DNA of 56,838 nt from an uncultured Collinsella sp. (lineage in GTDB: Bacteria > Actinomycetota > Coriobacteriia > Coriobacteriales > Coriobacteriaceae). Positions 45,260 to 55,160 of this stretch are shown piece by piece. Below the pieces are notes generated by a model. That model had not been told where the DNA came from, did not search any database, and saw only the letters and a program-made list of their open reading frames with translations. The stretch's first letter is position 1, and each line of letters starts with the position of its first letter. The translations under genes were made by a program, and so were the position numbers. The DNA lies in assembly GCA_900546525.1 (NCBI GenBank), contig URDE01000001.1, forward strand, positions 1 to 56,838, in the 5' to 3' direction.

Positions 45260-48090
45260 TGGCTGCCAAACTCATCGATCTTTCCTTTACGCTCAACGGC
45301 CGCAAGGTCAAGGTTCAGATCGCCCCCGACACCATGCTCTTTGCGCTGCTGCGCGAGCAGGGTTGCGCGTCGGTGCGCTGCGCCTGCGAAACCACCAACT
45401 GCGGTCTATGCACGGTGTGGCTCGACGGCGATCCGGTGCTGAGCTGCTCGGTTCCCGCCGCGCGCGTCGAGGGCCGCTCCGTTACCACGCTCGAGGGCCT
45501 CAAGGCCGAGTCCGAGGCACTCGCCCGCGCAATGGCTGCCGAAGGCGCCGAGCAGTGCGGTTTTTGCGCCCCCGGCCTTATCATGAACGTGCTTGCGCTC
45601 GCCCGCGCCGCCAAGGAGGACCCGAGCCTCGTCGCCACGCGCGAGGAGCTCTCGCGCCAGCTCGCTGGCAACCTCTGCCGTTGCAGCGGCTACGAGAGCC
45701 AGCTGCGCGCCATCGTCCGCTTTCTCAACGAGTCCGGCGTGCAGGTGGGCTTTGAGATGCCCGAGCTGCCGGTCAACGACACCAGCTGCGACGGTGTCTC
45801 TTACAAGCAGATCACTCACAAGCAGCCCAAGAAGGACTCGAAGGCCCTGCTCGAGGGTCGTCCCGTCTACACGGGCGACCTGGTGCCCGCCGGCGCCCTG
45901 ATCGTCAAGCTCAAGCGCAGCCCGTATGCCCGTGCCAAGATCCGCTCCATCGACACGTCGCGCGCCCTGAAGGTGCCCGGCGTGGTGGGCGTCTACACCT
46001 ACGAGGACGTGCCCAAGCGCCGCTTTACCATCGCCGGCCAGAGCTATCCGCAGCCGAGTCCCTACGACCGCCTGATCCTCGAGAACCTCGTGCGCTACCA
46101 AAACGAGGAGGTGGCGATCGTTGCCGCCGAGACCGAGGAAGCCGCCGACAAGGCACTCAAGCTCATCAAGGTCGACTACGAGGTGCTTGAGCCCCTGCTC
46201 GACTTTACCCAGGCGCTCGATAACGACATCGTGGTCCACCCCGAGGGCGACGTGACCTTTATGTTCCCGCAGGGCGGCGATGTTGCTCGCAACCTAGTAT
46301 GCAGCGGCACGAGCGACTTTGGCGACCTCGACGAGGCATTCGCCCAGAGCGACATCGTCTTTGAGCGCACCTACACGAGCCAGGCCACGCAGACCGCGCC
46401 CATGGAGACCTTCCGCGCCTTCGCGACGACCGATGCGTTCGGCCGCATCTCGGTGACCACCTCGACGCAGGTGCCCTTCCACGTGCGCCGCATGGTCGCT
46501 CAGTCGCTCGACATTCCGCAGTCGCAGGTGCAGGTCATTAAGCCGCGCATCGGCGGCGGTTTTGGCTCCAAGCAGACAGGCTGCTGTGAGATCTTCGTGG
46601 CGTTCGTCACCCAGCAGACCGGCCGTCCGAGCTATTGCTGCTACACCCGCGAGGAGACCATCACTGCAGGCAACTCGCGTCACCAGATGCAGATGACCGT
46701 TAAGCTGGGCGCCATGAACGACGGCACTATCACGGCCATCGACCTGCACACACTGTCCAACGCCGGCGCCTATGGCGAGCACGCCACCACGACGATCGGC
46801 CTTTCGGGCCACAAGAGCTTGCCCATCTACAACCACGTGAAGGCGAGCCGCTTTAGTTGGGACGCCGTCTACACCAACACCAACCGCGGTGGCGCGTATC
46901 GCGGCTACGGTGCCACCCAGGGCCAGTTTGCCGTGGAGAGTGCCGTCAACGAGCTCGCCGACATGCTGCATATGGACCCCGCCGACCTGCGCCTTAAGAA
47001 CATCGTGCGCGAGGGCGAGATCATGCCGCAGTACTACAACGAGAAGCTCAACGCCTGCGCGCTCGACCGCTGCCTGCTGCGCGCGATGGACATGATCGGC
47101 TGGCGCGACAAGCCGCTAGCCGTCGACCTGGGCGACCGCGTGCGCGCCCTGGGCTGTGCGCTCACCATGCAGGGCTCGGGTATCTCCAATGTGGATATCG
47201 CCGGCATCGACATGCGCCTGGAAGAGGACGGCTTCATTTCCATCGGCACCGGCGCCACCGATAACGGCATGGGCGTCGATACGATCCTGTCGCAGATTGC
47301 CGCCGAGGAGCTGGGCGTGGAGAGTTCGCTCATCGTGGTGCGCGGCGTGGACACCGATGTGTCGCCGTTCGACGCCGGCTCGTACGCGAGCTCGGGTACG
47401 TACGTGACGGGCCTCGCCGCCAAGAACGCCGCGACCGAGCTGCGCGAGAAGATCTGCGCCAAGGCTGCCCAGATGTGGGACGTAGACGCCGCCGATGTGG
47501 TCTTTGATGGTCAGTACGTGCGCCTGTCCGATGAGCGCGCCGCGCGCGAGCAGAACCGCTACCTTACGCTGCGTGATTTTGCCAACCTGTGCGTCAAGAA
47601 CATCGCGGGCGGCGACGCGCTGACCTCGCATGCCTCTGCCTGCCTGCCCGTTTCGCCTCCGCCGTTTATGGCCGGCATTGCCGAGGTCGAGGTCGACAAG
47701 GCCACCGGCAAGGTGACCGTGGTGGACTACGCGGCGGCTGTGGACTGCGGCACCGTGATCAACGAGGCGCTCGCGCGCGTTCAGGCCGAGGGCGGCATTG
47801 CCCAGGGTATCGGTCACGCGCTCTACGAGATCGTCGAGCACGACGACCGCGGCCGTCTGCGCACCGGCAACTTTATGAGCTACAAGCTGCCCACGCGCCT
47901 GGATATCGGCAGCATTCGCGTGGCCTTTGAGCCGAGCTACGAGCCGACGGGTCCGTTTGGCGCCAAGTCGATCGGCGAGGTCGTCATCAACACGCCGCTC
48001 GCCGCCGTTGCCTCGGCCGTGGCGCACGCCACCGGCCATCAGGTTCGCTCGCTGCCGATCACGCCCGAGAAGGCCCTGCTGGGGGAGTAG
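45259..48090 (+). CDS. Xanthine oxidase family enzyme with fused 2x[2Fe-2S] and Mo-binding domains (XdhD-like)
   Basis: CETTNCGLC, QCGFC...LCRC, GGGFGSKQ, AYRGYG and AKSIGE motifs. Confidence 0.9.
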   Translation: MAAKLIDLSFTLNGRKVKVQIAPDTMLFALLREQGCASVRCACETTNCGLCTVWLDGDPVLSCSVPAARVEGRSVTTLEGLKAESEALARAMAAEGAEQCGFCAPGLIMNVLALARAAKEDPSLVATREELSRQLAGNLCRCSGYESQLRAIVRFLNESGVQVGFEMPELPVNDTSCDGVSYKQITHKQPKKDSKALLEGRPVYTGDLVPAGALIVKLKRSPYARAKIRSIDTSRALKVPGVVGVYTYEDVPKRRFTIAGQSYPQPSPYDRLILENLVRYQNEEVAIVAAETEEAADKALKLIKVDYEVLEPLLDFTQALDNDIVVHPEGDVTFMFPQGGDVARNLVCSGTSDFGDLDEAFAQSDIVFERTYTSQATQTAPMETFRAFATTDAFGRISVTTSTQVPFHVRRMVAQSLDIPQSQVQVIKPRIGGGFGSKQTGCCEIFVAFVTQQTGRPSYCCYTREETITAGNSRHQMQMTVKLGAMNDGTITAIDLHTLSNAGAYGEHATTTIGLSGHKSLPIYNHVKASRFSWDAVYTNTNRGGAYRGYGATQGQFAVESAVNELADMLHMDPADLRLKNIVREGEIMPQYYNEKLNACALDRCLLRAMDMIGWRDKPLAVDLGDRVRALGCALTMQGSGISNVDIAGIDMRLEEDGFISIGTGATDNGMGVDTILSQIAAEELGVESSLIVVRGVDTDVSPFDAGSYASSGTYVTGLAAKNAATELREKICAKAAQMWDVDAADVVFDGQYVRLSDERAAREQNRYLTLRDFANLCVKNIAGGDALTSHASACLPVSPPPFMAGIAEVEVDKATGKVTVVDYAAAVDCGTVINEALARVQAEGGIAQGIGHALYEIVEHDDRGRLRTGNFMSYKLPTRLDIGSIRVAFEPSYEPTGPFGAKSIGEVVINTPLAAVASAVAHATGHQVRSLPITPEKALLGE

Positions 48091-48114
48091 CGGGTCGGCG
48101 AACAAGTCGTAATT

Positions 48115-48142
48115 GGCGGGGCGGGGCAACTCGCCCCGCCTT
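48115..48142 (+). terminator. GC-rich hairpin with GCAA tetraloop after the xdhD-like gene
   Basis: GGCGGGGCGGG-GCAA-CTCGCCCCGCC, short T tail. Confidence 0.55.
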
Positions 48143-48230
48143 CTGCACTCGTGGTGAGGTCGTGAGTCTGTAAAAGGTGTGCGTGCGCTTGCCGCTCGTA
48201 TCTGCTATCATTCCTAGTCTGTGCGCTCAT

Positions 48231-48314
48231 GCGGGCGTGGCGGAATTGGTAGACGCGCCAGATTTAGGTTCTGGTGGGATTCCCGTGAAGGTTCGAGTCC
48301 TTTCGCCCGCACCA
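48231..48314 (+). tRNA. tRNA-Leu(TAG)
   Basis: Cloverleaf with variable arm; CCAGA-TTTAGGT-TCTGG anticodon arm; encoded CCA. Confidence 0.95.
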
Positions 48315-48404
48315 ACGCACCCGCGTCGGCTTATGCCCTCGCGACGCTTGTTGCATAAAGGTACCAGCACCTCAGATAAGCTGGGCAGTATGAGGAGGAA
48401 CGTG

Positions 48405-49703
48405 TTGAACATCACCGCTTCTGACGTCAAGGACGCCAAGCTCACCGCTACGGTCACCATCCCGGCCGCCGACGTCGACGCCGCGATCAAGAAGGCTTAC
48501 AAGGAGACCGCCAAGAAGTACCGCTTCCCGGGCTTCCGTGCCGGTAAGGCTCCCCGTCCGGTCATCGACTCCGCTCTTGGCGCCGAGGCTACCCTCGCTC
48601 AGGCCACCAACGACCTGATCGCCGCCAACGAGCCCGCCGTCCTCAACGAGCTGGACATCGTTCCCACCAAGAATGGTGACTACAAGGAGCTCGACCTCGC
48701 CAAGGATCACGAGGATTACACCTACACCGTCGAGTTCTCCCTGCGTCCCGCCGCTGAGCTCTCCTCCTTCGACGCCGTCGAGATCGAGATGCCCCCTGCG
48801 GAGGTCACCGAGTCCGAGATCAACAACCAGGTCGAGATGCTCCTCAACTACCGTGCCACCTTCGAAGACGTCGAGGGTCGCGCCGTCGAGGCCGAGGACT
48901 ACGTCACCGTCGACCTCAAGGCCGTCGAGAACGCCGACAACTTTGCCGCCGAGGGCCGCATGCTCATCGCCGGTAGCGACAGCAACCCCAAGGAGTTCAA
49001 CGAGGCCCTGATCGGCGCTAACGTTGACGACGTCAAGTCCGTCACCTGGACCGACGAGGCCGAGGAGGGCGAGGAGGCCGAGACCCACACCGTCGAGGTC
49101 ACCGTCAAGGGCATCAAGGTCCGCAACACCCCCGAGCTCACCGACGAGCTCGTCAAGTCCGACTTTGGCTTCGACAGCATCGACGCCATGCGCGACGCCA
49201 TCAAGATCGAGATCGAGCAGGACAAGGCTTCTCGCCTCCCGGCCGAGAAGGAGAACCGTTGCGTCTCCGCTCTCGCCGAGCGCCTGCAGCTCGAGGAGAT
49301 GGACGCCGACTACGAGCAGTCCGTCTTTGAGGAGCTTGGCCAGAACTTCCTGTCCAACCTCGCTGCCCGCGGCATGACGCTGGACACCTGGCTGCCCGCT
49401 TCCGGCCTGACCATGGAGCAGTTCATCGGCGACCTGCACAAGCAGGCCAACGACGTCGCCCGTGAGTCCCTGGCTCTGGACGCCCTCGCCCGTGAGCTCA
49501 AGATCGAGGTCACCGAGGACGACATCAACGCCGAGTTCGAGAAGGCTGGCGTCAAGGACGTCGAGGCTTCCAAGGCCGAGTTCATCGCCGATGGCCGCAT
49601 GCCTGCCGTCCGCGAGTCCATCCGTCGCTCCAAGGCCGTCGACCACCTGGTCGAGAACGCCAAGGTGACCGAGGTCGACGAGACCGCCAAGGACGCCGAG
49701 TAA
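48405..49703 (+). CDS. tig: Trigger factor
   Basis: FPGFRAGKAP ribosome-binding motif; tRNA-Leu-tig-clpP-clpX synteny; TTG start after GAGGAGG inferred. Confidence 0.92.
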   Translation: MNITASDVKDAKLTATVTIPAADVDAAIKKAYKETAKKYRFPGFRAGKAPRPVIDSALGAEATLAQATNDLIAANEPAVLNELDIVPTKNGDYKELDLAKDHEDYTYTVEFSLRPAAELSSFDAVEIEMPPAEVTESEINNQVEMLLNYRATFEDVEGRAVEAEDYVTVDLKAVENADNFAAEGRMLIAGSDSNPKEFNEALIGANVDDVKSVTWTDEAEEGEEAETHTVEVTVKGIKVRNTPELTDELVKSDFGFDSIDAMRDAIKIEIEQDKASRLPAEKENRCVSALAERLQLEEMDADYEQSVFEELGQNFLSNLAARGMTLDTWLPASGLTMEQFIGDLHKQANDVARESLALDALARELKIEVTEDDINAEFEKAGVKDVEASKAEFIADGRMPAVRESIRRSKAVDHLVENAKVTEVDETAKDAE

Positions 49704-49866
49704 TTCTCGCCACCTTGCCCGCGAGCGCATGCGTGCGCCCGTGATGGGGTAAAGTTATACACCGGTTATCCGGTTGCTTCGTACGGTGCCAGCCAATGCA
49801 TAGCATGCGGGCACCGTACGTTTATCTAGAACCAATTTGGTCCGCAAGAGAGAAATGGAGATGCGT

Positions 49867-50487
49867 ATGATCGCTAAGTTCGATTCCGCCCTCGTGCCAT
49901 ACGTTATCGAGCAGACGCCGCGCGGCGAGCGCAGCTACGATATCTATTCGCGCCTGCTCAACGACCGCATCATCTTCTTGGGCGAGGAGATCAACTCCGT
50001 CAGCGCCAACCTGGTCGTTGCCCAGTTGCTGCATCTTGAGAGCCAGGATGCCGAGAAGGATATCTCACTCTACATCAATTCGCCCGGTGGCGAGGTCTAC
50101 TCCGGCCTGGCGATTCTTGACACTATGAACTTTATCAAGCCGCAGGTATCCACCATTTGTGTCGGCATGGCCGCGTCGATGGCCGCCGTGCTGCTTTCGG
50201 CCGGCGCCAAGGGTAAGCGCTTCTGCCTGCCGCACTCCAAGGTCATGATTCACCAGCCCAGCGGCGGCGCTCAGGGTCAGCAGACCGAGATCGAGATCGT
50301 GGCTGAGGAGATTAAGAAGACCCGTCGCGAGCTCAACCAGATCCTGTCCGACGCCTCCGGCCAGCCCATCGAGAAGGTCCAGGCCGATACCGAGCGCGAC
50401 AACTACCTGACCGCTGCCGAGGCCCTTGACTACGGCCTGATCGACCGTATTGTCACCTCGCGCGACCTTGCCGCGAAGGACGCCTAG
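49867..50487 (+). CDS. clpP: ATP-dependent Clp protease proteolytic subunit
   Basis: [20 protein letters not shown] and MIHQP motifs; start uncertain by a few codons. Confidence 0.96.
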   Translation: MIAKFDSALVPYVIEQTPRGERSYDIYSRLLNDRIIFLGEEINSVSANLVVAQLLHLESQDAEKDISLYINSPGGEVYSGLAILDTMNFIKPQVSTICVGMAASMAAVLLSAGAKGKRFCLPHSKVMIHQPSGGAQGQQTEIEIVAEEIKKTRRELNQILSDASGQPIEKVQADTERDNYLTAAEALDYGLIDRIVTSRDLAAKDA

Positions 50488-50488
50488 G

Positions 50489-51898
50489 ATGGCCGGTAAC
50501 ATGCAGGACAACTTTGACGAGAACGGCAACCCCATCCGCTGCTCCTTCTGCGGAAAAGAGCAGGGGCAGGTTCGTCGCCTTGTAAAGGGTCCGACCAACA
50601 TCTTTATCTGCGACGAGTGCGTCGCCGCCTGCTCCGAGATCTTGGAGGAGTCGCTGGCTTCGGACTTTATGGACGCTGCCCGCAACGGCAAGCTGCCGGG
50701 CTTCCTCAACGATCACGGCCAGGCTGCCGGGCAGCCTGCTGTGGATCCCGAGGCCGAGGGCTTTGAGCTCGAGGACGACGCCCGCCAGGTCATTACGCAT
50801 GTGCCGACGCCGCACGAGATTTATGACGAGCTTTCGGCCTATGTCATGGGCCAGGAGGACGCCAAGCGCGCCATGTCGGTTGCCGTGTACAACCATTACC
50901 GCCGCGTGATCGAGGGCGGCGCTGCGCTTTCGGCCTTTGACGACGGCTTGGATTCGCAGCTCGAAGACGATATGGACGAGGTGGAGCTCGCCAAGTCCAA
51001 CATTTTGCTGCTCGGTCCCACCGGTACCGGTAAGACCCTGCTCGCCCAGACGCTCGCGCGCATCCTCGAGGTGCCGTTTGCCATCGCCGACGCAACCGCG
51101 CTCACCGAGGCCGGATACGTGGGCGAGGATGTGGAGAACATCCTGCTCAAGCTCATCAACGCCGCCGATGGCGATATCGAGCGCGCGCAGGTTGGCATTA
51201 TCTACGTGGACGAGATCGACAAGATCGCCCGCAAGGCCGAGAACCTCTCCATCACCCGCGACGTTTCGGGCGAGGGCGTTCAGCAGGCGCTGCTTAAGAT
51301 TCTTGAGGGCACGGTGGCAAGTGTTCCGCCCACCGGCGGCCGCAAGCATCCCCAGCAGGAGCTGCTGCAGATCGACACGACCAACATCCTGTTCATCTGC
51401 GGCGGTGCCTTTGTGGGTCTGGACAAGATCATCGCCGACCGCGTGGGCAACAAGGGCGTGGGCTTTAACTCCGAGATCGCCGGCCCCACTTCGGTCGACG
51501 AGAACGATCTGCTGCGTCAGGTGCTCCCGCAGGACCTCAACGCCTTTGGCATGATCCCCGAGTTTGTGGGACGTACGCCTGTCGTCACCCAGACGCAGGC
51601 GCTCGACGAGGACGACCTGGTGTCGATCCTGACCGAGCCCAAGAACGCCGTGGTGCGTCAATACCGTAAGATGTTCCAGCTCGAGGACGTTGAGCTTGAG
51701 TTTGAGGACGCCGCCCTGCACGAGATCGCCCGCATGGCGCTCGCCCGCAAGACCGGCGCCCGCGGCCTGCGCTCCATCTGCGAGGACGTGCTACAGCAGA
51801 CGATGTTCGATCTCCCCAGCGAGGAGGGCGTCACCAAGGTCATCGTGACCGAAGCCTCCGTAAAGGGCGAAGAACAACCCCAGCGCATCTACGGCTAG
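50489..51898 (+). CDS. clpX: Clp protease ATP-binding subunit
   Basis: CSFCGK...ICDEC zinc finger, [31 protein letters not shown] and GRKHP motifs. Confidence 0.97.
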   Translation: MAGNMQDNFDENGNPIRCSFCGKEQGQVRRLVKGPTNIFICDECVAACSEILEESLASDFMDAARNGKLPGFLNDHGQAAGQPAVDPEAEGFELEDDARQVITHVPTPHEIYDELSAYVMGQEDAKRAMSVAVYNHYRRVIEGGAALSAFDDGLDSQLEDDMDEVELAKSNILLLGPTGTGKTLLAQTLARILEVPFAIADATALTEAGYVGEDVENILLKLINAADGDIERAQVGIIYVDEIDKIARKAENLSITRDVSGEGVQQALLKILEGTVASVPPTGGRKHPQQELLQIDTTNILFICGGAFVGLDKIIADRVGNKGVGFNSEIAGPTSVDENDLLRQVLPQDLNAFGMIPEFVGRTPVVTQTQALDEDDLVSILTEPKNAVVRQYRKMFQLEDVELEFEDAALHEIARMALARKTGARGLRSICEDVLQQTMFDLPSEEGVTKVIVTEASVKGEEQPQRIYG

Positions 51899-51919
51899 AC
51901 CTGCCTAAAACGTGTTTGC

Positions 51920-51956
51920 AAATAGCCTCCGACCATCCGCGGTCGGAGGCTATTTT
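51920..51956. terminator. Rho-independent terminator
   Basis: AAATAGCCTCCGACC/GGTCGGAGGCTATTT stem. Confidence 0.85.
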
Positions 51957-52049
51957 ATATATACGCAATAACCCCAACTACCTGTGTTATTCTGTGTGTT
52001 TGTTTAAGCCTCGGCGAAGTCATTACAGACTGAAGTAATCGATACCTAA

Positions 52050-52165
52050 GGGGAGGAATATAGGCCCGATTTTCGTAGATTCCGCACGAGCCGAAGACCA
52101 CTTAATGTGGTCTTCGAGCGAGCCCAGGACCTGACCGAGCGAAAATCGGGCCTACATTCCTCCCC
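52050..52165. repeat. Rod-like repeat, family C copy 1 (central CACTTAATGTG)
   Basis: GGGGAGGAAT-A-TAGGCCCGATTTTCG / CGAAAATCGGGCCTA-C-ATTCCTCCCC outer stem; CGAAGACCAC/GTGGTCTTCG inner stem. Confidence 0.8.
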
Positions 52166-52185
52166 GGCGGGACAGGGAGAGATAT

Positions 52186-54882
52186 ATGGAAGAAATGCCC
52201 AAGAACTACGATCCGTCGACCAACGAGCCGGCGATCCTGCAGAAGTGGCTCGACGGCGGCTACTACAAGCGCCGTGAGGGCGTGGGCGACTGCACCGTCA
52301 CCATTCCGCCTCCCAACGTGACCGGCAAGCTCCACATGGGTCACGCCACCGACGACTCCATCCAGGACGCCATCATCCGTATGGCCCGCATGCGCGGCAA
52401 GTCCACGCGCTGGGTGCTCGGAACCGATCACGCCGGTATCGCCACGCAGACCAAGGTCGACAAGAAGCTCAAGAGCGAGGGCATCAGCCGCCTGGAGATC
52501 GGTCGCGATAAGTTTGTCGACGCCTGCTGGGACTGGACCCACGAGTACGGCGGCATCATCGTCGAGCAGATCAAGCGCATGGGTTGCTCCGTCGACTTCG
52601 ACAACGAGCGCTTCACCATGGACGAGGATTACGCACAGGCCGTGCGTAAGGTCTTCTGCGATTGGTACCACGACGGCCTGATCTACCGTGGCAAGCGTAT
52701 CGTTAACTGGTGCCCCAACTGCACCACCGCCATCTCGGACGACGAGGCCGAGTACAAGGACGAGAAGGGCCACCTGTGGCACCTGCGCTACCCGCTGACC
52801 GAGCCGGTCAACGGCCAGGACTACATCGTCGTCGCCACCACGCGCCCCGAGACCATGCTCGGCGACACGGGCGTCGCCGTCTCCCCGAAGGACCCCGAGA
52901 AGGCCGCCTTTGTGGGTAAGACCGTCAAGCTCCCCATCGTCGACCGTGAGATCCCCATCTTTGAGGATTGGCATGTCGACGCCAACTTTGGTTCCGGTTT
53001 TGTCAAGGTCACCCCGGCCCACGACCCCAACGATTACGCCATGGGTCAGGCTCACGACCTGCCGCAGATCAACATCTTTGACGAGCACGCGGTGGTTGTC
53101 GAGGGCTACGGCGAGTTCACCGGCATGAACCGCGACGAGTGCCGCGAGGCCGTCATCAAGTGGTTTGAGGAGCACGACCTGCTCGATCATGTCGACGAGC
53201 TCGATCACTCCGTCATGCACTGCTACCGTTGCGACGCCGCGCTGGAGCCGTGGCTGTCCGAGCAGTGGTTCGTGGCCGTCGACAAGCTCAAGGGACCGGC
53301 GCTCGACGCCGTCAACTCCGGCAAGGTCACCTTCCATCCCGCGCGCTGGACGCAGACCTACACCACTTGGATGGAGAACCTCAAGGACTGGTGCATCAGC
53401 CGCCAGCTGTGGTGGGGCCACCGCATCCCCGTGTTCTACTGCGAGGACTGCGGCTGGGAGGACGCCCTTACCGAGGACACCGACGTGTGCCCCAAGTGCG
53501 GCGGTCATCACGTGCATCAGGACGAGAACGTGCTGGACACCTGGTTCAGCTCGCAGCTGTGGACCTTTGCCACGCAGGGCTGGCCGCAAAAGCCGGAGCT
53601 GCTCGAGGGCCATCACCCCACGACGGCGCTCGTCACCGCGCGCGACATCATTGCACTGTGGGTCGCCCGCATGGTCATGAGCTCGCTGTACTTCCTGGAC
53701 GAGGTGCCGTTTAAGGACGTCGTCATCTACCCGACGATTCTTGCCAAGGACGGCAGCCGCATGTCCAAGTCCAAGGGCAACGGCGTTGACCCCATGGACC
53801 TCATCGGCATGTACGGCGCCGACGCCATGCGTTACAACCTGCTGACGCTGTGCACCAACAACCAGGACGTCAAGTTCGACGCGAACATCGACAAGAAGAC
53901 CAAGAAGCTCATCGACAGCCCGCGTACCGAGCAGGCCAAGTCGTTTGTGACCAAGATCTGGAACGCCAGCCGCTTCCTGCTTATGAACATGGAGGGCTAC
54001 ACGCCCGGCGAGCCCGTCGTGGAGACGCCGGCCGACGCCTGGATGTTCAGCCGTCTGGCCAAGGCCGTCAAGATGGTCACCGAGGGTATCGAGAAGTACA
54101 CCTTTGGCGATATGGCTCGCGGCGTGCAGCAGTTCTTCTGGAACGAGGTCTGCGACTGGTACGTCGAGGTCACCAAGGCCCGCCTGAAGGGCGAGGGCCG
54201 TCTGCAGGCGCAGCGCAACCTGATCTTTGTGCTCGACACCTCCATTCGCCTGATGCACCCGCTCATGCCGTTTGTCACCGAGGAGATCTGGGACAACATG
54301 CCGGCGAGCGTGCTCGACCTGGATGCCGAGGGCAACGTTGACCGCTCCGAGGCGCTCATGATCGCCAAGTGGCCCGAGCCCGCCGACTATGCCAAGTATG
54401 TCGACGAGGACGCCGAGCGCGCGTTTGAGCTGTGCCGCGCCGTCGTGTCTGCCGCCCGCGCCACGCGTTCGCGTTATCGCTTGAGCCCCAAGGCCGAGCT
54501 CGACGTGGTCGTGCGCGCCGGCGCCGAGGACATCGAGAAGCTCGAGAGTCTGCGTTCGACCATCGAGCCGCTGGCAAACACTGCCTCGCTGGTCATGGGC
54601 ACCGACGTTGAGAAGCCGGCCGCGAGCATTGCCGTGGTCGATAGCGGCGTCGAGGTCTTTGTGGTGCTCGAGGGCAAGGTCGACCTTTCGGCCGAGAAGG
54701 CACGCCTGGAGAAGGAGATTGCCGCGGCTCAGAAGGAGCTCGCCGGCTGCGAGAAGACGCTCGCCAACGAGGGCTTTGTGGCTAAGGCCGCGCCTGCGGT
54801 GGTCCAGAAGAAGAGGGACCGTGCGGCTGAGCTCAAGGAGATCCTGGTGGCGCTGACTGCTCAGGTTGCTGACTTCTCGTAG
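52186..54882 (+). CDS. valS: Valine--tRNA ligase
   Basis: PPPNVTGKLHMGH, DHAGIATQ, ATTRPET, DWCISRQLWWGHRIP, RMSKS motifs and C-terminal coiled coil. Confidence 0.97.
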   Translation: MEEMPKNYDPSTNEPAILQKWLDGGYYKRREGVGDCTVTIPPPNVTGKLHMGHATDDSIQDAIIRMARMRGKSTRWVLGTDHAGIATQTKVDKKLKSEGISRLEIGRDKFVDACWDWTHEYGGIIVEQIKRMGCSVDFDNERFTMDEDYAQAVRKVFCDWYHDGLIYRGKRIVNWCPNCTTAISDDEAEYKDEKGHLWHLRYPLTEPVNGQDYIVVATTRPETMLGDTGVAVSPKDPEKAAFVGKTVKLPIVDREIPIFEDWHVDANFGSGFVKVTPAHDPNDYAMGQAHDLPQINIFDEHAVVVEGYGEFTGMNRDECREAVIKWFEEHDLLDHVDELDHSVMHCYRCDAALEPWLSEQWFVAVDKLKGPALDAVNSGKVTFHPARWTQTYTTWMENLKDWCISRQLWWGHRIPVFYCEDCGWEDALTEDTDVCPKCGGHHVHQDENVLDTWFSSQLWTFATQGWPQKPELLEGHHPTTALVTARDIIALWVARMVMSSLYFLDEVPFKDVVIYPTILAKDGSRMSKSKGNGVDPMDLIGMYGADAMRYNLLTLCTNNQDVKFDANIDKKTKKLIDSPRTEQAKSFVTKIWNASRFLLMNMEGYTPGEPVVETPADAWMFSRLAKAVKMVTEGIEKYTFGDMARGVQQFFWNEVCDWYVEVTKARLKGEGRLQAQRNLIFVLDTSIRLMHPLMPFVTEEIWDNMPASVLDLDAEGNVDRSEALMIAKWPEPADYAKYVDEDAERAFELCRAVVSAARATRSRYRLSPKAELDVVVRAGAEDIEKLESLRSTIEPLANTASLVMGTDVEKPAASIAVVDSGVEVFVVLEGKVDLSAEKARLEKEIAAAQKELAGCEKTLANEGFVAKAAPAVVQKKRDRAAELKEILVALTAQVADFS

Positions 54883-54901
54883 ATCTTACTGAGGGGCGCG
54901 T

Positions 54902-55002
54902 CCCGACGCTTTGCTCGCTACTGCGGACAGTCCTGCGCAAGACGGACAGCACATTAAGTGCTGTCCTTTGCGTGCGGAACTTGTATCGAGCAAAGCGTCG
55001 GG
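54902..55002. repeat. Rod-like repeat, family C copy 2 (inverted; central CACATTAAGTG)
   Basis: 16-bp outer IR CCCGACGCTTTGCTCG/CGAGCAAAGCGTCGGG; GGACAGCAC/GTGCTGTCC inner stem. Confidence 0.8.
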
Positions 55003-55160
55003 CCGCTCCTTGTGCGGTTACGTGGTTGTTTGCATCTGGCGCGTTTGGGCCACTGGGTTGTGGCCTTGATCTCGCTGCAAGCGGGGTTTGGCTGATATTT
55101 TGAATGGGAGGGGCTCGTTGTTGCTTACGGGCCTCTTTTTATGTTGAGGGGACTTTGGTT

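Noticed and set aside
51957..52185. T-box riboswitch upstream of valS
   Set aside because: No GGTGGNACC T-box motif or specifier stem; the structure is explained by the rod-like repeat
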